Assembly (NCBI RefSeq): GCF_018350175.1
Contig: NC_058368.1
Location: forward strand, 51,089,815 to 51,153,814
Origin: Felis catus
Lineage: Eukaryota
Direction: 5' to 3'
DNA length: 64,000 nucleotides
Of this stretch, positions 52,001 through 64,000 are shown in pieces. The notes under the pieces are model-generated. The model was not told the DNA's origin. It saw only the letters and a list, made by a program, of their open reading frames with translations, and searched no databases. Position numbers and translations under genes: made by a program. Each line of letters starts with the position of its first letter. Positions within the stretch are counted from its first letter, which is position 1.

Positions 52001-55000
52001 TGCCTGCAAAGCTTCTGGTTCATCTGGGGGTAAGGGGTAGGATAATTCTGGAGGTCTGGAGTAGGGACTAGAATGTCCATTTTCAACAAGAACCCCAGGT
52101 GCTTCGAGGTTTGTTTTCCTCTTTAGGAAATGTGGCTTAATAATTACATGCTCAGTTTTGGAGTTAGACCCAGAGAAATTTGTGTCCAAACTCTACCACC
52201 TAAGAGCTGTGGAACTTAGTAATGTCACCTTTCCACATCTGGGTCTCTACACCTGCAAAGCGAGTGGCGCTCACAATACCTACCCAGAAACTCGTGGCAT
52301 TAAATGGATACTGTATTTACAACAGGCAGGACGATGCCTGGCATGTGTCTAATAACGGCAGCTCCTAGCTGAATGCACTGCCCCCTACTCAGGCATGCCC
52401 ACTTTATGGATGAGATGTCTCTCCCATCCTCTCCTAACTCTGTGCTTCCCTCCTCCATAGCCTACCCACTCTGTGACCATCATCTGCATGTTAGTCTGTG
52501 TTCTCGGCTGGACTGAGGATGGAAACTGGATATTGTGCACTCCCACATCTCTTTGCCTCACACACCCAGTACAGGGGCTCAGTACTCATCAGTCTTCAGG
52601 AACGGAACTTAAGTTGATCACCTGAGTTTCTCCTTGTGAAGCGAAACTCTTCACATAATAGTACCTCAGGCTCTTGTATAGCAAGGAATGGGCAAATGCA
52701 AAGTGAGTACAGCACTGTTCTAACACTCTTCCCTTTAAAGTCTGTCACAGAAAGCTTTGCCAGAGTGATCCATGGCTTGACAGTGGAGCACCTGACAGAC
52801 CACGTCATTCAGAGAAGCAAGAGAATGATTCTGGATACCCTGGGTGTCGGCTTCCTGGGAACCAATACAGAAGTGTTTCACAAAGCCAGTGAATATAGTA
52901 AGGTAAGAAGTTCAGCGTCTACTTGAGAGGTAAAACCAAGTGTACACATATGCCTGCTCGTGAGTCATACCCACCAACGTGCCCAGAGATGTGTGCTCAT
53001 GTGCTACTACTACTCTACTCTTCATTTTAGAGATATTACTTGGTGTGTATAGCATTGTTGTATATGGCTTTATGCTTTTCTATGCTCTATTTATCTGAGT
53101 TTTAATATTCATCCATATTTTTTACTAAGTTACTATCTAAAGACCAATCTTAAGACTAGTTTTAACACTAGCAATATCACATAATTTATTGTTATTATGA
53201 CATAAAGCACTTTTTACCTGAGAGTCCTAGAAGCAATAACATCTACCCCAATAGTACCTACCATTCATTCATGCAAAGACTTTAAGAGACTCTTGGGAAA
53301 AAAGCTGGTTCAGCACTCTGAGCAGAGAGTGGGTGCTTATGCGGTAGACGTGATACCCACTCTCCACAATTAGTCCACCTTCGCCAGTATTTACCCTCAA
53401 GGAATACACAAGAGTAAATTCAGACTCCGTCCGCTAGAGCACCTGTGGATCACAGTCTGGGATACAGCAACAGCATCTCCCCTCCCTTCCATGGACAAAG
53501 TTGTGTATTCTTCCACAAGGAAGAGAGGAATCCAATGGTGAAGGCTGCCATCTAGCACGAAGTTTTCAAATAAGGACTCTTAAAGTCATGCCTCCACGAT
53601 GAGGAATGGCTCTTAAAATGGTGACTTGGCATGCCGTGTTTCCACTCTGTCTTACTGATTGATATTCCTTTCTTTCAGATCTACAGTTCCAATGTGGCCA
53701 GCACTGTTTGGGGTCAGCCAGACTTAAGGCTCCCGCCGACATATGCTGCTTTTGTGAACGGTGTGGCTGTAAGGAGGTTTACATCTTTTCTAATTTTAGG
53801 CAATCATAATAATTTCAGAGCCAGGAAATATCTCAGAAATTGCTCAATTTCCATGTTTCACTGATAAGTCATTGAGGTTCAGAGAGATAAAGTGGTCGGC
53901 CCTCTCTTCTATGTAGTTATTGATGCTTTACAGTGAACTGACGCTTTTCAAACACATTGTGAAGTAGAGGAAATCAGTTGGAGGATTTAGATAAAAATAC
54001 CCTTATGGTATCTAACTTTGAACATCTACAGCAAAAAATATAAAACCCGCTATCAAGACTCAATTCCTTTTGTTGTGGCCACTACCAGTTCTTATTCAGT
54101 AACCAGCTTTTCATCCATCCTTTCATTCAACAGATATTTACTGAGAAAGAAACAGTGGCCATATGGTGTCTATATTTTCTGAAGCAAAAATCAGCACTTT
54201 TCATCTGACAATGTTTATACTTTGTCTGTGTGTCAGCAGCAGTCTGTATCTATATACAAGATATAATTTAGACACGAATGTGTTGGGATGTCTGAGATAG
54301 TTTTATGTTTTGTGGGACAGTAGTTCAGAATACTGAAAGGCAAACGCAATAGTGTATCCCAGAGTAAATGTCCAGCAAGCAGTGTCCAGATCAGCCACAT
54401 CCAAGAGCCAAGGAAATCGATTTTTAAGTGAACTTCTGACTATTACTATTTCATATCAGGGATAAGCAAATGGCTAGGATGAAGAGGAATAAAACCTCAT
54501 AGCAGAAAATAATGATTTTAAAATATACCTTAATAGTTAATCTGGGTTTGAGAGTTCTTGCAACTTCCCTGTAAGTTTGAAATTATTTCATAACAAAAAG
54601 GTACAAAAATATATGGCCTGATATGGAATAAATGGCATTAAACTTTCAGTGCAACTTGTCTGGAGGGTGGGGGAGGAAGAGAGGAACAGCCGCCTAACTT
54701 CACAGCTTTGTTTTTAAGCACTCTTTCCGGGTGCTGTGGCAGAGAGCTCTGGTTACCTGGGTAAGAGCCAAGCTCACTGGGGCTCTCTAGCTGCTCCCTA
54801 AAGTCCTGCCTGCTCTAAGCAGAGGACAGCACATCCAGTACCCCGCCATATGATTAAGAATTACAGCCGGTTTACAGGTTTTATTTTCAGATAATCAGAG
54901 CTAAAAATCTCATATCAAATAGAGTTATTACTAAATTAAACCCTTACTGGTCCAAAAGCCATTGCATTCAGGTAAATCTAATTTGGTTTTTGGTTGTTGT

Positions 55001-57083
55001 TTGTGTGTGTATGTTTACATAGATTCACTCAATGGATTTTGATGATACATGGCATCCTGCCACCCACCCTTCTGGAGCGGTCCTTCCTGTCCTGCTGGCT
55101 TTATCAGAAGCTCTGCCTCCAAGTCCAAAGTGTTCTGGCCTTGATCTGCTCTTAGCTTTCAATGTTGGGATTGAAGTGCAAGGCCAATTACTGCGTTTCT
55201 CCAAGGAAGCCAATGACATACCAAAGAGGTAGGGAGAGAATCTGCCCCATCCAGAGGTAGATGCATTCCCCCTTGACTTGTCCACTGTTCTCTCTGTAGA
55301 GCTTTCTGACATAGAGGTGAGTTAGATCAGCTGGAGATATTAACATTAGTGCTGAGAGCTAAGTCAATTCTCCAGCCACACAGCAAACCATATATCCATA
55401 TACTAAGGTATGACCCCAGAAGAAATAATGAAAAATCCCATTTGGGTTTAGAGAATCAACTAACCACAACCATAAAATACATTGGGGCCTCTCATCCTAG
55501 GGCGATTCACGTCATTTGGGCACCCAAGGTACTCTGAATATTCCTAGTCTCATCTCAGAGCAGAATCTACTTGGATATTTGCTGAGGTCCTTCAGATTGA
55601 GAACATTCAGAAGATCCTGAACCTGACTGTTCAACCCATAGAGCAAAAATAGTCACATGCTGGCTATATCATGTGATTCAATCTTATATTTATTTTTCCA
55701 CTTGATCCAGCCTGCTAGCAGAGGAGTAGATTGGAATACCGGGCGAATTTTCAATTTCTGCAAGGCCCTCCATTTTTATAGCTACTTACATGGGATTTCA
55801 GCAAGCAGCAACTTTTGCCTTTCTGGCAATAACTATAAAGAATTTATTGTGTCAGGCACTGATGGAAGCATGTGAATTCATTCAAAACTCACAAAACCCT
55901 ATGAGACAGATATTATTGTCACCATGTTATGTAAGAGGAAACAGGTACAGACAAGTTGAATAACTTTCCCAAGATCACACAGCCCGTACGTGGTAGAGCT
56001 GAGATTTGAACCCAGCAGGGCTCCATTGCTACACCAGCAGCAGGGCTCCATTGTCTACATTCCCGACTATCATACCAGACTGCCTCCTACTGACTGAGGT
56101 CTGTAAATCTCCAACTCTTTGCTTTTTTGCTTTCCAGATTCCATCCCCCCTCAGTGGTAGGAACCTTGGGTAGTGCTGCTGCTACATCCAAGTTTTTGGG
56201 GCTCAGCATGACAAAGTGCCGAGAGGCCCTGGCTATTGCTGTTTCTCATGCCGGGGCACCCATAGCAAACGCTGCCACTCAGACCAAGCCTCTTCATATC
56301 GGCAATGCTGCCAGGCATGGGATGGAAGCCGCTTTTCTGGCAATGCTGGGTCTCCAAGGAAACAGACAAATCTTGGACATGCAGACAGGGTTTGGGGCCT
56401 TCTATGCCAACTATTCTCCAAAAGTTCTTCCAAACCTAGATTCCCACACTTGGCTGCTGGACCAGCAGGATGTGGCCTTCAAGCGGTTCCCTGCACATTT
56501 GGCCACCCACTGGGTGGCAGACGCAGCTGCATCTGTGAGAAAGCACCTTGTAACAGACAGAGCCCTGCTTCCCATTGACCGCATTGCAAGAATTGTGCTC
56601 AGAATTCCAGATGTCCAGTATGTAAACAGGCCCTTCCCAGACTCAGAGCATGAGGCTCGTCATTCCTTCCAGTTTGTGGCCTGTGCCACACTGCTTGATG
56701 GCAGCATCACTGTCCCATCATTCCACAAATGCCAGATCAACAGGCCACAGGTGAGGGAGTTGCTCAGTAAGGTGGAGCTGGAGCACCCTCAAGACAACCT
56801 GCCAAGCTTCAACACACTATACTGTGAGATAAGTGTCACTCTCAATGATGGAGCCACCTTCACAGAGCGCTCTGATACCTTCTATGGCCATTGGAGGAAG
56901 CCATTGAGCCAGGAGGACCTACGGGAGAAGTTCAGAGCCAATGCTTCCAGCGTGCTGTCCTGTGATATAGTAGATAGACTTACAGAGATGGTAGAGAACC
57001 TAGAAGACCTAGAAGACTGTTCTGTCCTAACCACTCTTCTGAAAGGACCGTCTTCACCGGAGATGGTTTCAAAATCTATCTAG
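49060..57083 (+). CDS. ACOD1: Cis-aconitate decarboxylase (IRG1/ACOD1), 5 coding exons, 1413 nt spliced, 470 aa
   Basis: Exons of 9+162+90+206+946 nt splice in frame with GT..AG introns. Translation MLK-SVTESFARVIHGL...IHSMDFDDTWHPATHPSG...RFHPPSVVG...QTKPLH...FKRFPAHLATHW...YVNRPFP matches the MmgE/PrpD-family ACOD1 protein I recall, including D93, T97, H103, H159, K207, K272, H277, Y318 (human numbering). Confidence 0.97.
50422..50645 (+). mobile_element. SINEC SINE in ACOD1 intron 1
   Basis: GCACCTGGGTGGCTCAG head, (TAAA)n tail. Confidence 0.9.
51524..51950 (+). mobile_element. 5'-clipped SINEC (51524-51725) plus MER3-like fragment (51730-51950) in intron 1
   Basis: CTCAGTCGGTTGAGCATCCGACTTC...; CACATTTCAAATGCTCAATAGCC..TAGCTACCACATTGGACA. 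Confidence 0.8.
52741..52902 (+). CDS. ACOD1: ACOD1 exon 2
   Basis: Acceptor CTCTTCCCTTTAAAG, donor GTAAGA; encodes SVTESF...ASEYSK (54 codons). Confidence 0.96.
53679..53768 (+). CDS. ACOD1: ACOD1 exon 3
   Basis: Acceptor TTCCTTTCTTTCAG, donor GTAAGG; encodes IYSSNVASTVWGQPDLRLPPTYAAFVNGVA. Confidence 0.96.
55023..55228 (+). CDS. ACOD1: ACOD1 exon 4 (catalytic His103 region)
   Basis: Acceptor TTTACATAG, donor GTAGGG (phase 2); encodes IHSMDFDDTWHPATHPSG...EANDIPK. Confidence 0.96.
56138..57083 (+). CDS. ACOD1: ACOD1 exon 5 coding part
   Basis: Acceptor TTTTTGCTTTCCAG; the long ORF 56127..57083 ends in TAG at 57081-57083. Confidence 0.97.
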
Positions 57084-57310
57084 CATCCAACAATTTCATC
57101 AGACAGTTTCTCCTGAGGCTTACCAACATCTAAGTGACTTTATATTGGGGAAAAATCAGTGATCTGCTTTATACAGCAAGGGTTTACTATCGCTCTGCCC
57201 AGGAACAAGTGAAGCAAGGTGGAGAGAGTCCAGAAACAGAATTGGATTTTTATGGAAGGAGTCTTTTCCTATAAATTCTGCAAGACAGTTCCAATTACCT
57301 GAAGAAAAAT

Positions 57311-57807
57311 AATAAATATGCAAGAAACACAGAGAAATTGATTTTATAAGTATTCATAAGGTTGAAATTCAAGTCACCTCTGATTTGCTTGTAAGGTTAA
57401 TCTTTACAGAAGAGTTCTTTATGAACTTCATGAACCTTAAGATGTGGGAGGAATTTGAACCTACATGTAAGTTTGCTGACAGTCGACAAGAGCTCTGGCC
57501 TATTGTACCACCACCATGTTTCTTGGACCATGGTTTTTTACAAGCCCCCCACAGTAGAGGGGGTGCTATTGGGTTTAAATATAAGGAATTAGTGGGTACA
57601 AATCCTGCCCCTACAACTTACTAGATGTGACCCTAAGCATGTTACTGGGTAGCCCTCTGCCTCAGTTTAAAGCAGAAATAAAAAGCGGTATAAAAAGTAA
57701 AATAGTTTGGCTCTGGAAGCCATGCTGCTAACCACTACAATATACTGTGTTTTGTTACAAAAAATTTTTTGAGAAAAATATAGACGAAGAGTTTGACATG
57801 TAATAAA
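57311..57807 (+). terminator. Candidate ACOD1 polyadenylation signals
   Basis: AATAAA at 57311-57316, 57677-57682 and 57802-57807. The site actually used cannot be determined from sequence. Confidence 0.4.
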
Positions 57808-57839
57808 GAACGACAGCAAAAAATATGTGGGTAATTAAG

Positions 57840-60700
57840 TAACTATTGACTTTGTAAAATAATAAAAATGTCTTATGGGGTTAAAAATTGCAACTTTAGC
57901 AATACATATAAGCAGGGAGTTACTATAATTAATGTGCTCTAAATTCCTTATGTCATTCAAGAAAAGGGCAAAGCTATTAACTGTAGACTTTGATTTGTAA
58001 GTATGCATGTTGACATTTCCAGGGTAACCATTATAAGACAACAGTAGAATATACCACTTCCAGGTTAACAGAGAGAGAAATATGGAATTAGGAAAAAGAA
58101 AATAAACCAAAGGAAGGCAAGAAAGGAGGAGGAAAAGAAATATAAGAAAGGTAGAACATATAGAATATAAAATGATAGGAAAAAATCCAAATATATCTGT
58201 AATTACAAGAAGAATAAATGGACTAAATAGTTCAGTTAAAAAATACAGAGACTATGTATACATAAAAAACAATCTTTAACAAGTTTATTAGCATCTAATT
58301 TACAAACCATTAACTCATCTATCTTTTGTCCAATTCAATGAGTTTTAGTAAATTTATAGAGTTGTACAAACATCATCACCATCCAGTTTTGGAGAACTTC
58401 TCTTCATTTTTTTTAAAGATTTTATTTATATGTTTTAAAAATTTATTTTTAAGTAATCTTAGGTAATCAAACCCATAACTCTGAGATCAAGAGTCACGTG
58501 CTCTACCGACTAAGTGAGCCAGGAGCCCCGGGAGTACTTCTATCATGCCAAAAACAGAGAAACAAATAAAACCCTCATGCTGGTCTGCAATCAATCCCTA
58601 TTTCCACCTCCAGCCTTAGCAACCAATGATCCATTTTCTATCTCTATGGTTGTGTCTCCTTCAGACATTTCATATAAATGGAATCATACAATATGTGGTC
58701 TTATGTGTCCAGTGTCTTTCACTTAGCATAGTGGTTTTAGATTTTTCCATATATGTATCGATACTTTATTCTCTTTCACTGCTGAGTAGCATTCTGTTGT
58801 ATGATATACTACATTTATTTACCCATCCAGGAGTTAATGGACAGCATATTGTTTCCAGTTTGGGTCTACTACAAATAATGTTTCTATGAATGTTCACATG
58901 CATGTCTTGGTGTGGACATATCTTTCCATTCCTGTTAGGTAGATACTTGCGAGTGGGAATGCTGGGTCATTTAGGAAGTACATGTTTAACTTTAGAAAAA
59001 ACTGTTCTTCAAAGCAGCTCTATCACATTACATTTCCATCAGTAATGTGTGTGGGTTCCAGTTTCTCCAAATCCTCACCAACTCTTGGAATTGTCAGTCT
59101 TTTTTATTTTCTCCTGTGTAGTGAGTACATAATGGTATGTTGTGGCCTTAGTTTGCATTTTCCAAATGACTAACTCTTGCCTATTTTTGACAATTATTTT
59201 AATTAAGTTGTCTTCTTATCATTCAATTGTAGGAATTCTTTATATATCCTGAGTATAAGTTCTTTATAGATACACGTTTTACAAATATTTTCTCCCAGTC
59301 TGTGGTTTGTCTTTTCATGTTTTTAATGGTCTCTTTTAAAGAGAAAAAGTTTTAAATTTTGATCAACTCCATTTTATCATTTTAAAAAATTTTACTAAAA
59401 AAATATAGAAAATAAAAAAATTGTTATTGTTCCTGGTTTTGGTGTCATCAGGAGTCATTTCTTAAAAAATCCAGGGGCACCTGGGTGGCTCAATCGGTTA
59501 GCAGCTGACTTCAGCTCAGGTCATGAACTCGTGGTTCGTGAGTTCAAGCCCCGCGTTGGACTCCGACTGCTGAGCTGGGCTGCTGACAGCTCAGAAGCCT
59601 GGAGTCTGATTCGGATTCTGTGTCTCCCTCTCTCTCTGCCCCTCCCCCACTCACACTGTCTCTGTCTCTGTCTCTGTCTCTTTCTAAAAATAAATAAACA
59701 TTAAAAAATAATAACAAAATTAAAAAACCAGTTATATAAGTTATTTAAGACTCATGAGGATGCAGAAAAGTTCAAAGTAAAAAAGTCGGGGAAATATCGA
59801 TGGAACACTAACAAAAGCAAGCTGGAATAAATAAATGTTAATATTAAACAAAATAGAACTCAAGCAAAAAGCAGTCAGTTAAGCATCCAACTCTTGGTTT
59901 TGGTTCAGGTCATGATCTCATGGTTTCATGAGTTTGAGCCCCACATCAGGCTCTGCACAGGCAGCACAGAGCCTGCTTGGGATTCTCTCTCTCTCCCTCT
60001 CTCTCTGCCCCTTCTCCACTGGTGCTATCTCTGTCTCTCTCAAAATAAATAAATAAACTTAAAACAATAAATAAAGAAAAGATAATATAAAATAAATTAA
60101 ATTAAATTAAATTAAATTAAATTAAATTAAAATCTTACAAGAACATTTATGGGGTGCCTGGGTGGCTCAGTCAGTTAAGCGACCGACTTTGGCTCAGGTA
60201 ATGATCTCACAGTTTGTGGGTTCGAGCCCTGCATTGTGCTCGCTGCTATCAGTTCAGAGCTTGCTTTGGATCCTCTGTTCCCCCCTCTCTCTGCATACCC
60301 CCACTCTCACATGCTCTATCTCTCTCTCTCAAAAAAAAACATTTAAGAAAATTAAAAATAAAAATCTCACAGAACATTTACAAAAAAGGACCATATACTG
60401 AGCCATAAAGCAAGTCTTAAAAACTTTTTAAAGGACTGGAAGATATGGATCATTTTCTCTAATCACAATGAAATTTAAGTTCCATATTAAAAAAAAAGAT
60501 TAGACAAGAATGAAATGTTTAGAAATAAAAATTCCTTGAAATAACTTGGGTCACAGAAGAAATGATCACAAAAATTATAAAACATCTAGAACCTACCAAT
60601 AACAAAACCGCATATATCAGAATTTGTAGGCTATACCTAAAACAGTACTTATAAGTGTGTAAATTTTCTATGGCTGGCTCTGTATCATTTGTATTATGCT
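57840..60700. mobile_element. Composite of old L1 fragments (+ strand, interrupted by a - strand L1 3' region about 58270-59460) with four SINECs (58410-58528 -, 59474-59720, 59872-60130, 60151-60360 +)
   Basis: L1 endonuclease-region-like text (AATAAATGGACTAAAT, TCTCTAATCACAATGAAATT); reverse L1 3'UTR (ATAAATGGAATCATACAATATGTGG); SINE heads and tails. Confidence 0.75.
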
Positions 60701-60881
60701 GTTCCATAGGACATATCCTGTAACTGTAATTAATTTGTCTGAACATGGTAAATAAAACAGGAGATCAAAGTCGTAGTTTCTACTGTGGCCTTCAGATAAA
60801 ATTTAATTATCCCGTCTTTATACACCAGAAATTTCTAGGGGCAAGATCTAAGGGCTAGTAATAATATCCTCAGATAATCCC

Positions 60882-61262
60882 TGTTAAAAACAAGACAACA
60901 GACCCCAAGCGGAGTCCTTATGCTAAGTCCCACATCAGTAAAATGATATATACTTACAGTTTCAGCATTCCCAGAAATGGAATCATATCAAACAGGTCAT
61001 TCAGAAATTGCCAGATCAGCACCAGTTAGCCAATATGCCTAATAGACCCCCGCCATCCCCCAAAGAAAAGTAACCTTGCAATAACCTATTTTGTCTCATA
61101 TAACTTCCTTGTTCCTGCTCCCTTCTACCTATAAAAGTCTCTCATCTTATACAGCTCCTTGGAGTTCCTTTCTATCTGCTAGGCTCCATGCTGTAGGATT
61201 CAAATCAATTTTTGCTCAAATAAATTCTTAAAAAAATTAATAGGCCTCAGTTTATCTTTACA
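60882..61262 (+). mobile_element. Solo ERV LTR downstream of ACOD1
   Basis: TGTTAAA...TTTACA termini, CCAAT, CTATAAAAG, AATAAA at about 61219. Confidence 0.7.
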
Positions 61263-64000
61263 CACCCTTGATGGATGTTTCAGACAAAAAGCAGGGGTTG
61301 GGGAAGATCTCTCCTGAGGGGACCACAGCACTAAGGTGACCTTGATATTGGTTATTATGCACACCAAATTAACTGAAGGCAGAAGAAAATATGAGGGAAT
61401 GTGGGTCTGTAGAGAGAGCATAAGGGTCCTCTTCACTGGCAGCCCTGTGCACCATCCGCCCCCACCATACCACATACAAAAAAATCGACGGTTCCTTTCT
61501 AGGAGAGTCAAAAGCTAGGGTATTTTTTTAGCCAGAGTGCTGGTAGAGAGCTTTTGAGGGAATGGGAGAGTAAAGCCAAGCCTCTTGTCTCTTCTTTCCA
61601 TGAGGCTGGAGAACAAGGACAGCCTGTGAGTCTCCTCACCCTGACAAAGGCCAAGGTGGGGGCCTGGACCGCTCTGATCTGCTATCTAGGCAGTGTGGCA
61701 AATGCTGGCTTTTCCCCTTCCCTTGGGGGTGGCAGCAAAGCATCCTGCTTAGTCTTTTGTGTTATAGGCTCTGTATCCAGGCAAATGAGTCGTCTACGTG
61801 GATCAGGCCAGACAACATGGGAGGAAGCCCACTCAAGACTGGGACAAAGGCCCCAGCTCAGAAAGGGGTTCATTCCAGCACCCTGTGTTTCTGCATCCTC
61901 AGCACACATTCGAGGCCTTGAGTCAAACTTCCTGTCACCAGACACACCTGAGGAGCCCTGGTGCTGGCTAGTATGTATGTTTTGGGGATCCCAAGACCAC
62001 ACGCACACTCAGGGATCACCAGAGGAACTTTGGGAACTCAGCAAAGAGTTGCACTCTGGTTAAGGGTTATACAGTGCAAGGTTACGTGACAGGGTCAACT
62101 GGAGTAAAAGACACTGGCAGAGTCTGGAGGTTTGTGACGCCCCCTCCCACCAGCGAGGAGACACGTGAGTGTGTTCCTCTCTCCAGGAGTGAAAAATTCA
62201 CTGAAGTCGGTACACTGTGTCTGCCCTGGGAAGAGACTCTGCACCCAAGGCTTTTAACAGTGTCTGGTCACGTAGGTCCCCTCCACCCAGCAACGATCAA
62301 AATCGCCAACTCCAAGAAGGCGAGAACAGCGATGTCTGCACAGCCTAGGCCAAGCGAACCAGTTTTATGAGTCAGGGAGTGTGTATGTGCCAAGCTCCCA
62401 GACGCCAGCCGAGATGAACCAAAGGCAGCAGCTTATGGCCTCCTATGGTCTCCTTTCTGCACAACTTTTCCCAGACTAAAATGCCTTTCTTTCCTATTTG
62501 TGTGGCTTTGTGGGGGACAGACACATGACGACCAACTGGACTTTGCCTCCACCCCAGGAATTGTCTCTGCGCTGTAGCACTTGAGCTGTGTGTTCCATCA
62601 CAGTATTAACTAAAACTGGTATCCCTGGGGCTTAAAGCTGTCACAGACCAAAGAGCTGTCGTGATTTTAACCCAGGCACTGAAAACGAAAATGTGACTTT
62701 AAAGAGAAATTTTATATATTATGTTTTATAACAACTTTACTTGCAACCCTTTATCTAAAAAAGTTATCAGATAAGTCTCTTCCGACCCCACCTTAAGGTC
62801 TGTAATGGCTCATGGAGGGAATCTCTTTGGAGAAGCTGAGTAGCTAGTGGGCATTCATTACCAACAAATTCATATCAAGGGCCTAATACAACAGAGGATG
62901 TTCTCAGTGCAGGTGATAAAGCAGTCAATAGAATATTCAAGAACCTTTTACAATCATGAGCTTATAATCCAGTATGAGTAGAGAGCCCAGCAAAACAAGT
63001 ACCTAGGACAAGGAAAGTGCTCCATACCTATTCCGGCCTGGCTGTGCTTCCTTCATGCTTCCCCGGAGCGAATGTGAACCTTCCTTCAGTGGACTTCATA
63101 GTTTCTAGCTCTTCTGGGCCGGAGCATGACCTGTGACATTAAAAGATTTGTGGCACTGTAGAAATGCAGCTTCCCTGTCAATTCTGGAAGGACTTCCCTG
63201 CAGAGAGCAAAGCTACAGGGATCAGAAGACGGGGGGGGGGGGGGGGGTGCAAAGCCACAATAAGATACCCCACTTTCCCTACAGCAGAGGTGTGCCCCTG
63301 TACACACACACGTGTTGTGTCTTCCCATCATACGAAATCTACCAGCAGTGTTGCAGATTTTTATCACTCGGTGAAATTGTTTCATTCTCCCTCTCTTCTC
63401 CTATCCCATATTAAAAAACAACAAAAAAACCCCACACAAAACAGTATAGCGGTAGTTCACAGCTAGTGATCGTTGAAAAGACATCCAAAACAGAGGAGTG
63501 TTGCACAGGCTACTCTGGTTCCTGCTAAAGCCTGGGTGCCCAGCGACTGACAGCTGAACACTGAACACGTCAAAAGAATGTATGATACACAGTAACTTTA
63601 AGAAGGGTCCTGGCTTTATCTGAATCGTAAAGAACAGAATACCTTCACAGAAATCATGAAGATTAGTCATCTAGTTCAGTTGTAAATGCTGAAATCAACA
63701 TTCAGAGGTGAGCATCTCACTTAAATTCTCCCTGCTTTCTGTTGCAGTTATTATTAAAAATAATCCAACCCACCCCAGCTACAGCTGGTGTCCGTACAGG
63801 AACCAAACTGGAGGTTCAGGAAAAAGCCTTTGGAACAGCCCAACGCCCATCTGTTTGAAACACGGCATGAGAGTGTTGTTTCCGACTTTAAAAAACGAAA
63901 GACAGAAATGAAAGCGTGCTTGTTTAGAAACCATGTATCTCTGAATGATTCAGTGATGGTTATTTAATCTTTGAGCCAAGATCACACTGAAAGTTCCTAT

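Noticed and set aside
56151..56578. Overlapping alternative-frame and antisense ORFs in ACOD1 exon 5
   Set aside because: Expected shadows of a coding exon; no independent support.
58493..58502. GTCACGTG as a TFEB/CLEAR element for ACOD1 (also about 17603)
   Set aside because: It lies within short SINEC copies, far from the promoter, with no other support.
61554..62370. 169-aa and 98-aa ORFs downstream of ACOD1
   Set aside because: Non-ATG starts, no recognisable homology and no convincing exon structure.
1..64000. Neighbouring genes KCTD12 and CLN5 (flanking ACOD1 in human, from memory); CRISPR arrays, tRNA or rRNA genes
   Set aside because: No exon or CpG island attributable to these genes. 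tRNA-like A/B boxes belong to SINEs, and there are no regularly spaced repeats.

Overview
Mammalian genomic DNA, almost certainly felid: many tRNA-derived SINEC_Fc-type SINEs and carnivore L1 3' ends. The only protein-coding gene I can support is a complete 5-exon ACOD1/IRG1 (cis-aconitate decarboxylase, itaconate synthesis) on the + strand, join(49060..49068,52741..52902,53679..53768,55023..55228,56138..57083), 470 aa. It has a TATA/IRF/ETS promoter. The rest is repeat-rich intergenic DNA: about 23 SINEs, L1/L2/CR1/MIR fragments, DNA transposons (Tigger-like, MER53, MER5, MER20, MER3) and many solo ERV LTRs. Four LTRs belong to one related family, and a dense LTR cluster lies within about 10 kb upstream of ACOD1. 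I found no convincing new multi-gene system. The most notable points are an early TAG stop in ACOD1 followed by a preserved in-frame TGA 11 codons later (readthrough candidate), mouse-like high-activity residues, the LTR-packed upstream region, and a candidate myeloid enhancer. Repeat family names and human/mouse comparisons come from memory and need RepeatMasker/BLAST confirmation.
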